Source: Amphiscolops sp. MND2022
Lineage: Eukaryota
Reading direction: 5' to 3'
Length of the DNA: 64,000 nucleotides
Assembly: GCA_964187785.1 (NCBI GenBank)
Contig: OZ076409.1
Span: 81,284,001-81,348,000 of the forward strand
Below the pieces are notes generated by a model. That model was given only the letters and a program-made list of their open reading frames with translations, was not told the DNA's origin and did not search any database. The translations under genes and the position numbers were made by a program. Below, in pieces: positions 11,760 through 22,308 of this stretch. Numbering within the stretch: the stretch's first letter is position 1; each line of letters starts with the position of its first letter.

Positions 11760-14700
11760 GATCGAAGGGCACCCCTCACTTACAAAGCTGATTTCGGCTT
11801 AAGAGAAAAAAATTGAGAGCTGAAATTTGTTTCGGCACTATGGGACATTACCGAAATAAATTCAAAAAATGATATTTCTGTTCTCCTGTTGGGGAAAAAG
11901 TGGTTTCCGAGTCTCAGGAGTAATCCGTGGGGTAATTTTCGGCACTGAAAAAACGGGTAAAAGTTTGAAACTAGTGTCCTCTGCAAGTTAAAGAAACTTG
12001 AGCGGATCGCTAACTTGGTCCCGGCTTGTTACACCATTGCACATAACGTCACCAGAAGTGTCAAAAACTGGAAAATTTTGATTTTTTCGACAACTTTGAG
12101 GTCGAATTGACTAACTTTTTCAACATTCAGCTACAGATGCCTCCTCTATAAAAACCTAGTAGAAGCCGAGTTTAGCTGTTTTTGATAGTTTACGCCATTC
12201 TAACACATGAAATAGATCGAAAATTTTATAAGATAATTTGAAACAAAACGTTCAGAATTTCATGGTTTTTGGGTCATTCTCAGCCTTTCTTCCTACGTGG
12301 GGAACTGCAAAAACTATTTCTTTTGGAAGGCGTACTCCATGCTTAGTGACTTTGCTGGGAGCTTTTTGAATATTAATTATTCGACAGAAGTTCGAAAAAA
12401 TTTTACGTTTTCAAGTGAAATTTTTCGGAAATTGTTTGTGCTATTACACTTCTCCGATCATTTTAGCTTCATGAAGTGAAACGCGACTATTATAGTGACT
12501 CTTTTTTTCAATCGACACGAACTGATCAAAATAGTTCCTGAAAGTTCTACAAAATATTATTGCACAAAATTGACCTATTTGTCCTAGCGAACTGAACCAA
12601 AACGGTTCTTCCTGTTTTCTCGCGTAACATACCATACCAGGAGAGACCAAAGTTTTTTTTCGGCACTGCGAGACTTTTCTTCGGAAACGTTTTTTTCCTC
12701 AAAGGGTCCCCACTTAAACTTTTTGCTGTTTTGCGACAGAATGGATGTTGAAACTCACAAAGGGCCCCCCTTTCAGTTTTTTTTGGCCTTGTGAGATTTT
12801 TTCCGTTATAAAAACTTTTCCACTCTTTAAGTTTTTGATGTTTTGCGCCAGAATGGATGTTGAAAAACCTCAAAAGGTCCTCCCTTACAATTTTTCGGCA
12901 TTGTGAGACTTTTTCGTCAAAAATGTTTTTTCGCCAAAGGGTCCCCCCTTCAACTGCGACAAAAATGTTGACAATTTCGGAAATGTCCCCCCTTTTAGCA
13001 CGCCAGGGACTTGCGCTAGCGTGCCCCGGCGCGCCACTCGGTCCATTGTTTTTGGGTTTTCGATTTTCGAGTACTGTAAATTGACACTTGGCAATCCTTT
13101 TGCTCTTTTTGAGCCTTGGATATGGAGCCGACTTGGGCCGGTCCCGGCTTGTTCGAAACACTACCGGTAGCTAAATGTTTCGATCCTGATCCTATGAGTT
13201 TTCTGATTGCAATCAACTTCCTCTAAGGTTCCGAAATTGGGACTAAGTTGTCAAAATTCGAGGATTTTATTGCCACATTCTTCCACAAATTGCCTTTTGA
13301 ATACCCTGTTGTTTTAACGTTCAGGTCGATGGATGTTCTTTATTTACGAAGATGTTCGTAGTTTTAACAAAATTCGGAATTAATGTGCCAAAAAACGTGC
13401 TGATTTGCCGTTTTTTGGATTCTGTGTTGTTTCTTAGGCCAACTCCAAAAAAAATTATTTCTTCAAAAACGCCTACTGGATACCAGAACTTGTCGAGAGT
13501 GTATCGCATGTTTTGGGTCATTCTGAGAAAACTTTCATCCCTGAAAAGTGCAGTATTCTTTGAATCTTGAAAAACGACCTAGTCTGGAGCTTTTCGAAGC
13601 TTTGTTTCACAAAAATTTTAAATTCTCAAATGAAAAATTACTCAAAAAATGAGAAAACAGCAAGATTTTGATTTTTGCGGTTAATTTTGAGCCATTTTCC
13701 AACCAAAGTCTGCAAATATGTCTAGATAGCGCACTGGACTTTGAGATCAGTCGCTGTTGAACGTTTTCCAACATTCTGACTCCCGAACAAGTCAGAAAGT
13801 ACTCGTTAGTTGCTCAAAAGTACACATTAGTTGCTTAAAACGTGAGATGTTGAAGTTTTTCGATTCAATCGGAGTCATTCTGAAGTGTTTTTGATGCTAA
13901 CCGCTACAAACTTCTTCTCAAGAAGGGTACTGTTTAGCTTGTTAAAATCTCGAGGAAATCGTGCAGAAGTTGCATTAAGAACGACAAAAACTTGAAAATT
14001 TTGGATCTTCTGGGTCATTTGGATGCTTTTTAGTAGGCGCTTTTCGTAGAAAACGCAGACTTTTGCAGTGACTTTTCTTTTTTTAAGAGCAACGAAGTGA
14101 CAGATTTCATAAGCTTTATATGCTGCGTCCACTAACTGCCACACTTGTAACTTCTACTGCCACTTAGCATAGAGGTTAGTAAGGATAGTTTTTGATGTCT
14201 GCCAATCACAAGGACGTGGGTTCGAGTCCCGCAGATGACCAAAAATTTTTTGTGCAGGTTTTTTGGCTTTGTGAGACTTTTTTTCACAAGTTTTTTAAAT
14301 GTCTCCAAAGGGTCCCCCCTTCATTTTTTTTCTATTTTGCAAACAAATGGATATTTAATAACTCCCAAAGGCCCCACTTTTACATTTTCCGGCACCATGC
14401 GACTTACCGGAGACCAAAAAAAAATTTCGAAAAAAAATTGGAAAGAAAATTTCGAAAAAAAATTGAGAAAAAAATTCAAGAAAAATTCTATTTTTTTAAA
14501 TTTTTTCCTCTTGCCGGTACTGTAGAAAAGAATACTTGACACTTTGAAGTCCTTTTGCTATTTTTGAGCCGTAGATATGGCGCCGACTTGGGCCGTTCCC
14601 GGCTTGTTTTTCAAAAAAACCGCATCTATCTCTTCATAAAGATTACCGGACAGCGAATTCTTGCCCGAATTCTTGGTCTTTTTGTCATTTTTGGGGTGAT

Positions 14701-14993
14701 TTCTTTCAGCATAAACGGCTATTGGAATGTCGAATTCTTGCTTTGTTGAACGTTTTCAACATTTTAAACCACGATGTTCATCAAAAATTTGCATAAAAAC
14801 GTTGAAAATCAGGAAATTTCGGACTCATTTACGTCATTCCCAAAAAGGCCAAAAATTTCTACAAATACATTTTTATGTGTATCATGTGAGTTGAATTCTG
14901 TGGGTGACACCCTTCAATTTGAATATAAATTGGTGCTTGGCAAATTTTCTAGAAAAACCGTGTGATTTAAATATTTTCCATTCCCATATGGAA
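11760..14993. repeat. Second copy of the composite repeat seen at 1400-4395, containing nested Helentron/DINE-like units
   Basis: 11780-12200 parallels 1550-1990. Nested units end in ...cccggcttgtt at ~12030, ~13152 and ~14608 and carry ttttcggcactgtgagact-like repeats. Confidence 0.6.
14027..14610 (-). mobile_element. Helentron/DINE-like non-autonomous element carrying a tRNA-derived segment
   Basis: The minus strand starts AACAAGCCGGGA.. and ends in a stem-loop (gcgttttc-tac-gaaaagcgc) plus ctactaaaa. Pol III A-box-like tagcatagagg and B-box ggttcgagtcc lie at ~14166-14232 on the + strand. Confidence 0.5.
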
Positions 14994-14995
14994 TA

Positions 14996-16273
14996 CAGTA
15001 GTGTGATAAGAAAAGTGAACTCCGTATACAAATTAACGACAGTATTATTTCAATTATCTCGCAAATAATGAAAGATACAGAAAATTGTCAGATATAAAAG
15101 CGTTTCGACATTAAACACTGAGTCTATTAATATTTGGTACAAAATCCCTTCTTCTTTATTGCGAGTTGTAGACGTCTGGGAACACTACGGTAGAGTTTTT
15201 GAATGTAAACAGTCGGTATTTTTGAAAATTCCTGAAACGAAAACCGAATAAGCTCCTCTAAACACTTCGGATTTCTTTTAGAAACCCTTCTTTTCAAATA
15301 GCTCCAAACATTTTCGATTATATTCAGATCTGGCGACTGTGGAGGCCAATTTTCAAGAATACTGAAACCATTTTCGTTGAGAAAATTCAAAGTACTTACA
15401 GAAACATGGCATGGCGCGTTGTCTTGCTGGAAAATTTCTCCCAAAAACATATTCTTCATTAAATTTTCTCTCAAAATTGTTTGGTACTTACCTGAATCTA
15501 GCTTATTTTCGACTACAATGAGGTCTCTTTCCCCTGAAAACTTTATGAAACCCCAAAACATAACTTTTTTACCACCAAATTTTTTGAAAGTAGAAATGTA
15601 TTTTCGATTGAACCCTTCTCCAGGAGGTCTTCTGACGTACTCTCGTCGTGTTGGGTTGAGTTCCATAATTGTCTCGTCCGAAAAAACGACATTTTCCCAA
15701 AATCCGTCACCTAAACCAACCATTTGCCGACACCAATTTTTTCGCTTTTGTACGTTCAAACTAGTAATGAAAGGTTTTTTGATACTTATCCTGGCCCGTA
15801 ATCCATGTCGAAACAAAATTTTTTGAACTAAACTCGAAGAAATTTTCAAGAAAGGTGATACTTCTCTGGCAATTTGTGTAGAGTTAAGAAATGGGTTTCC
15901 TCTGGAAGTTTTGATGATTGTTCGTTCCGTTAATTTGTCCGATTTCCTCACTCTTCCGGGTTTTTTGGCGTTCTCCACCGTCCCATTGCGCTTCCACTTT
16001 TCAATAATTTTCCAAATTGTCGATTTGTTAATTTTAGGCCGTTTTTGAATGAAGAAAATGGTTTTATTCAGCAGATAATACTGAATAATTTTGCAGCGAT
16101 TTTGCAGGCTGATGACTGGCATTTTGCAACTGAGATTTATATCAATAGAAAGCGCTTTAAAAGTTGAGTTTAGTGTCAAATTTTTGTTTGCCTACCTCAA
16201 ATACATGCGAAGTTATGTGTATTTAAAGAATGAATCATCTTAACAGGAGTTCACTTTTCTTATCACACTACTG
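14996..16273 (-). mobile_element. Intact Tc1/mariner-superfamily (Tc1-like) DNA transposon, 1278 bp
   Basis: Perfect 28-bp TIR cagtagtgtgataagaaaagtgaactcc (14996-15023 and 16246-16273); TA TSD at 14994-95 and 16274-75. Confidence 0.97.
15127..16122 (-). CDS. Tc1-like transposase, 331 aa from ATG 16122, DD35E
   Basis: HTH region with a GRPR-like linker (PGRVRK); motifs VVFSDET, FQQDNAPCH and WPPQSPDLNIIENVW; no stops. Confidence 0.95.
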   Translation of the reverse strand: MPVISLQNRCKIIQYYLLNKTIFFIQKRPKINKSTIWKIIEKWKRNGTVENAKKPGRVRKSDKLTERTIIKTSRGNPFLNSTQIAREVSPFLKISSSLVQKILFRHGLRARISIKKPFITSLNVQKRKNWCRQMVGLGDGFWENVVFSDETIMELNPTRREYVRRPPGEGFNRKYISTFKKFGGKKVMFWGFIKFSGERDLIVVENKLDSGKYQTILRENLMKNMFLGEIFQQDNAPCHVSVSTLNFLNENGFSILENWPPQSPDLNIIENVWSYLKRRVSKRNPKCLEELIRFSFQEFSKIPTVYIQKLYRSVPRRLQLAIKKKGFCTKY

Positions 16274-17472
16274 TATGGGCGGAAAATAATAATCAGGGAT
16301 TTATGTCGGAATTCGGTTCAAGTTTTAATCATCATTCCCTAGAACGGGGTTTCAAGGATTGTAACTTAGTTGGTTAAAACAAAAGTTTAACGGCGGATGC
16401 AAAATGGGCTGGTGACGAATGACCCGACAAATGTCCCCGACAAATAGCATTTAAGCCAGTGCCTTCCCCTGTATAACGCTCTAAGCGACCTGCTAACGCT
16501 TGTCGTTACATTTCTTGTGAAGTCGATTGTTCTCCGATAAATCATTTGATCTTTTTAACATATCTTTAAATTCTTCTCGACGTCCTGTTTAAATTCAAAC
16601 CCTGGAGCTCCTACAGAAATCGATTATTTGAAACCATTATCTTAAAAACAATCACTCTTGGTGCTAATAGGCATTATGTGAATGCAATTTTTCTAATTTG
16701 AGCCTGTTAAAATGGAAAATGTCTTGATGTATATTGGATTTGAGAAACCAATTTAGAACCAGAGTCATCTCATTATATAATTTCCGCTCCACTACGTCAT
16801 AACAATGGAACGGCCGATACTTCTCTGTTACTCTAATGAGTGTTTTTGGAACCGTGGTACCTTCTTTAGAAATCCTACAATAGCTATTACCATTAACACA
16901 ATCAGTAGTAGCAAAAGAAGCGTGATAAGCGAGAGGCCTATAAATTACAGGTCTCAACATAATAATAATTGCAACAATCATGCTATAACCATGAGATGAA
17001 CCAACCAAGCTAAGTTTCTTCTCATATTTTTTAGAATTCTAGTTCAAATCTCTGTAATTTCGATGTAGTTTTCTATATTTAGTGCAATTAATCAATCTTA
17101 TAGGGTGATAATCGGAAAAAACAGCATTTTGTTTCTATCGGTATCAAATTTTGTTCATTCATAAAGGCGATTCGGTTTGTAGTTTCTTTGGTGTTGACGA
17201 TTTCATGTTATCGACAAAAAACCAGCTCCAAAAAAGGATACTGCTCGTAAAGGCAGTATGGTATGAGCATTTTCCAACTGATTCAATTCAGTTTTTTAGC
17301 AATTCTTCAAAAAGTCAGTTCAATCACAATAAACATTCATTTTTTCGAGACTTCCGCAAAAAGTTCGTTAAAATGAAATATTATGATCTTCCCTTCACTG
17401 GGTAAAATAAGCATGCAAATGTAATGTTTATTTATTATGTAACCTATAATTTCCAACTTTGATTACATTTAG

Positions 17473-17799
17473 GTCAAATTTATACACCCTTTCTCCTACC
17501 AGTCAATCATCAAGCGGGAAACTGGACGTGCGATGATCACTTCGTCTCGTAGCTTCAGAAATACGACGAGCAACTCGGGTTCAACCTCCAACTTCGGCAA
17601 AGGCTCGGCGTCTTCTTCGTTCAGGAGGAAAGCCCAACCTCAGCGTGAATTCTCTTCCGTCACTGTGAACAAATCCTACTTGCTTGTGATTGGACGAGGA
17701 ATCGAAGACACTTTGCACAGTTCTTCTTCAAATAGCGCTTTCAATGCTTCTTCGGAAAGTGGATCAGACACGATATACAATGTTCTCCTGTTCCAGTAA
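17473..17799 (+). CDS. Host gene terminal exon; C-terminal propeller blade of LRRK/ARHGEF10-17/JIP3-4 type
   Basis: tttag acceptor, phase 0, giving HMGP|VKFI. YLLVIGRGIED and terminal VLLFQ* resemble the GHxxxVxF / LVxxGxGY / LLxW ending of these families. Stop at 17797-17799. Confidence 0.8.
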   Translation, partial: VKFIHPFSYQSIIKRETGRAMITSSRSFRNTTSNSGSTSNFGKGSASSSFRRKAQPQREFSSVTVNKSYLLVIGRGIEDTLHSSSSNSAFNASSESGSDTIYNVLLFQ

Positions 17800-17995
17800 A
17801 TGTCAATTGTTGCCAAATTTTTAATAATTTTCCACTTATGAATTTAAATAACTTTTATTGCATATCTTCAAGTATCGACTCAATGGTTCTATTCAAATTT
17901 TATTATAATTATAATAATTTAATCCGTTCACAGAATTTTTTGTCTCGCATATTTCACTAGCTAGCGTTTTTTAAACAAGACTTTCATTCATATAA

Positions 17996-18001
17996 AATAA
18001 A
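17996..18001 (+). promoter_or_regulatory. Candidate polyadenylation signal of host gene
   Basis: AATAAA about 200 nt after the stop codon, in AT-rich context. Confidence 0.4.
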
Positions 18002-18848
18002 GTTATTTCGGGAAAACTCTTAAGTTTTAAATTTTCTGACTGCTTTGCAGCAATCTTTCAACAGTTCTCAAGAAACTGATAAGAAAAGAAAACCCTGATA
18101 GTTACTGAGCTCTGTGTTTTGTCATTAGTTACTCTTGTACTACTTCTGAAGAAAATTTTGTGGAAAACTATTTTCAAAAAGAGGTATGGTAAAATGATTT
18201 AGCGAACATGAGAGAAAGTTCTGCAATTTTTGCTGCACTATTTTACCTCCCTGATAATAAGGAGAAAAGATGTGGGAAAAAAGCAAACTGTCTATTTTGT
18301 ATCACTCACGGCAAACTCCGCGTTAATATAGGTACCAAAGGGACAGTATTTATGGTCATAACTGCCTGAACACAACAAAATAACGGAAAATGAAATTTAT
18401 TCCATGAAAAACTATTGGAAATGGAAATGTAGTTGTTTAAACAATGTTTAAACAATGCAGTTGTTTGAATACTTGGGAACGCCTGAAACGCCCGAAAATC
18501 CGTTTAACACCGCTAAAGTACTAAAATTATGATTCCTTCTTGATCTTGCAGGTATTTTGTGTGCTTTAGAACACGAGTACCTATTTGACTTATCGAGGTA
18601 ATTACCACGGCTGGCTAATTTCCAGCTCAGCAATTGCATCTCTGAAGAGTCTTCGCATACAATTCCCGAACCAGAGACACTTCTCTGCTTTTATCTTTTA
18701 GGTCAGACAGAAGCATAACTCGAAATTATTTGAAACACGAAACCAGTGAACTACGAAAATCCAACTCCGGAGAAACTTTGAAAGTCTCAGTTAGCAAGTT
18801 ACAAAACAAGACTCTCGCCGAACACCGGATTTTATTCGCCCTCGAGTA

Positions 18849-19266
18849 CCGTATATTCCGGCGTATAAGCCCCCCCTTCGGTATAAGCCCCGCTCCCCAA
18901 TTTTGAAAGGGAAATTGTTGATTTACGGTATGTTCGTCATATAAGCCCTCATAAATCAAGAAAAATAAAAGAAAATGAAAGTTTAATAAGTGTAAATTGA
19001 ATGAATTTTCGAGGTGTAAATTCAATTTTCAATTCTCAGGGACTAAAATCAGAGTTTTCATCCGTCATTTCCTCTGGCTCTGAAACTTCTTCGAAAAGAA
19101 AATCAACTGCAACGGTATCCAACTCGTCATCAAATGGGGGAATAGTGATCATGCCAAAATTTTGACTCTGAAAAAAGTCTTCGTTTTTTGTTCTTGGTAT
19201 AAGCCCCTCCCCAAACTTTTGACCACCAAAAATTCAAAAAAGGTGAAGTATACGCGGAATATACGG
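18849..19266. mobile_element. pogo/Tc2-like MITE
   Basis: TIR ccgtatattccg(g)cgtata / tatacgcggaatatacgg; TA TSD at 18847-48 and 19267-68; internal tataagccc repeats. Confidence 0.85.
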
Positions 19267-22079
19267 TATTTTAGAGCTCGGGCATGGCGAACTCACTACG
19301 AACATTGTACAAAAAAACTTTAAAAATTACAAAGTCTCGACAATTTTTGGGTCCTTTGGTTCATTTTGCGAACTTCATTTTCGAGAATTTTCAAATTTAA
19401 AAAATTGCACGAAAAAAAATGCATAAAACTTTCACATATCCTCACGATTATGAATCCTAAGAAGCTAAAGTTTTCGTTGTTGATTTGTAAGTGGTACAAA
19501 AAAATTGTCAATGTTGCAATGGATAACCAATTCGTAGTTATTTAAAAATTTCAATTTTCGCGTAACTCAAACATCAGCTTTTGATTTCAATTGAAATTGT
19601 TTAAATGATAAACTGGCGCCCATAGTAAAACTGGGAAGTCTCTTGTTCAATCTCATGAGATATCAACTTGAAGTAATGATTTTCCCTATGCTTTTTTCTT
19701 TTTCTTGCAATGACACTTTGTTTCAATGACGCTTGAATTCAGTATAGAATCCCGTGATACCTATTTCTTTGATGGAAAACTCCAAAATCAAAATTTAATT
19801 CAGCGAAGTTTTTTCAAAGAAAAAGTGAAGGAATAACTTCGACTTAAAAAAAACATCTACCGATCCAAACTATTTTAAATTCTACTTTGGCAAGCTCAGA
19901 GACCATTGGTCCAGTACAAGAACAGAACCCATTTGCACATGCTTCCTAGCTCCCCTCACCACGCGAAGATAGCACATTAACCTCTGCGCCAAGTGAAAAG
20001 CGCTTTCGAGCTTTTAGTAGTTATTCCCAGTGCAAAATATCTTGAAGCTTTTGACAAGATCTAGCATATCATTACATATTCCTGTTTACACCAGATGGTT
20101 TTGATAAGATCTTGCTTACTCTTGCTCCACACGAATCTCTTGAGTTTCTCACAGAGAGCCTTGGTAAGATTCCCATCAAGGATCTCAAGAAAATGATTAA
20201 CTATCAAAACAAACAACAATTTTGCTTCCTGTGTTTTGTTCGCTCTAACAGCTACACTATCATTTGTTGTAGTATTTGTCATAGAACAACACAAAGTAAA
20301 GAAATTCAGGGCATGATTGCTTAGTTTCTATCGTTAGTTAGCGGCTGCGGCATAACGGGGACACTGACCTCGCTGCTACCGCGTATGTATGATTGGCCAT
20401 ACGTCGTCGAAGGGCATGCCTTGGGATTCCCACGGACTGATGCGAGTATGTGGCGTTGACGTTAATGACGATTTGAGGTGTTAAGTAACGGAAGCAACGC
20501 ACATCCTTTGTCGTCAAGCAGAGTGCAAAGGAAAAGTCTAAAAAGATTGTTGTCGAAGTGCGCAATATCAAATAAAGCCTCACATGAAATCAACTTTGGG
20601 TCATAGTAAATGCCCTTCAGCGAGTACATTCCCATCTCCCCTGGAAAAGAGATGGAATGTACTGAAATAATTCAAGTACTTGGATAGAAATTTACAGTGA
20701 GGGTAAGACTGTTCTTCTTTTTCACGCAATTTTCAAATCAGTGTAAAGACTTTAAATGGCGTTGCTGCAGTACCCAATCAGAAAATATACATTTGTTGGG
20801 GCTGATTGCACATTTTTAGATGAATTTTCATTCATAGTTAACTTCAATGTACGTTTCTTGAAATATCGACACCTTACTAAGCTCACGTTCAAAACATCAT
20901 AACGTAAGGTCAAAATAAAATAGAAAGGCACTCTAAACGCCATTTTTCTCGTCCGAAACAGAGCTTTCCCAATACATTCTTTCGCAATCCTAGTTACGTG
21001 GGCGGTTCCTGACTTTCGGAGGCCCAAATTTTTAAACGTATTTTGAAAAAAATTCTTTTTACAAACATAGAAGTTCACAACTTTTTGCAAGGAAATGCTA
21101 GAACGCTGAAACTTCGTAAAAAGGTCCAAATGGTCTTGTTCAGCAGAAATGTGGACAGGGGTTATAATATTTCCAAAATAACTATTGCTAACTGAGTTTT
21201 TCTCCGATGCGCACAAAAAATATGCTACGAACTCCTCAGGAACCGCGGAACACAATTGAACGTCATGTGCGAACCGCTGCGGCCACTTGGAAAAGAGATA
21301 TGGCTTTCAAATTAGGAAAATGTAAAAAGACGTCATTTCTGGCACCAAAAAAGTTTTTTGTCCAAAATTTCGGCGTTTGCCAGCAGAACGTCAGGATGTG
21401 ATAGTTGAATATAGATTTAGGGCTGCATGCACATTTTCAGAGACATCTAACGAACCGTTTCCGAGATCGCGTTTTTACAGGCTTCCTCTAAATGAGTTAC
21501 CCAACCATCAAGTCGCTGTTGACGACGGATTCTGTATATTTTCTATTCATACTTGCTAGCCTTTTTCTCGAAACTCTTGGCAAGATCTTGCTAGATCGTA
21601 CCCAATCTTGCCACCATTGACAATAACTTTTTCAAACTTCTTACCAAGGGTTTCACGAAAATGTAAGAATTTCATGTTCTAAGGAATTCCAAACGACTTC
21701 TCACAAAATTAGCAGAAACTTCGAAAAAATTCCCGCGTTATAATTAGGATTTCTTTTTTTTTCACTCTTTAGATGCTCTTTTCGTTTTGAGATTTGAAGC
21801 TAATTTTGCCAGCAATTTGAAATTTTGTCAAATTATTCTGAAAATGATGAAGTATTCAGTGGACTCGAGATTTTTGATTATTTAGGTTTGTTGGACGAAA
21901 AAACTCTGAAACTTGCCGGAATTGACAGCCCTTTTAAAATGCTGGTATCATACTCCGTTACTTTTTTAACTTCCGTTGAGGTACTTATCTAAGTCAAATA
22001 AGTACCAAAACACCCATCATCAATCGCACATTTAGCAAGTCTTGCAAAAAAAGTAACTTCAGTAGTTATTATATCAAAA

Positions 22080-22308
22080 TACGATAATTTTAGACGTTAT
22101 TCCAGTAAAATAAAGTATGTTTAGACCGTATTTTTTGATGTACAGTGATTTTAGACGTTATTGAGCATAAATAGTTATTTAGGACTTTATTCACAAAATG
22201 GAGTGATTTTAGACGTTATTCCACCAAAATTGTAGTTTTAGACGTGATTCAACCGGAATACGGTATAATTAGACGTTATTTTAGCAGAATAGAGTGTTTT
22301 TAGATCTT
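22080..22308. repeat. Degenerate ~31-bp minisatellite, left half (continues 27433-27600)
   Basis: Repeated gtgattttagacgttattcc...aaaat units on both sides of the LINE. Confidence 0.75.

Noticed and set aside
12547..13161. 204-aa ORF and neighbouring short ORFs as genes
   Set aside because: They lie in low-complexity non-autonomous repeats within an intron; K/F-rich composition, no domain motifs.
14155..14240. Functional tRNA gene
   Set aside because: A/B boxes are present, but no convincing acceptor or anticodon stems could be formed, and it lies inside a repeat.
20337..20585. Possible short solo LTR (GC-richer island ending AATAAA...CACA)
   Set aside because: No clear TG start, no TSD and no second copy in the window.
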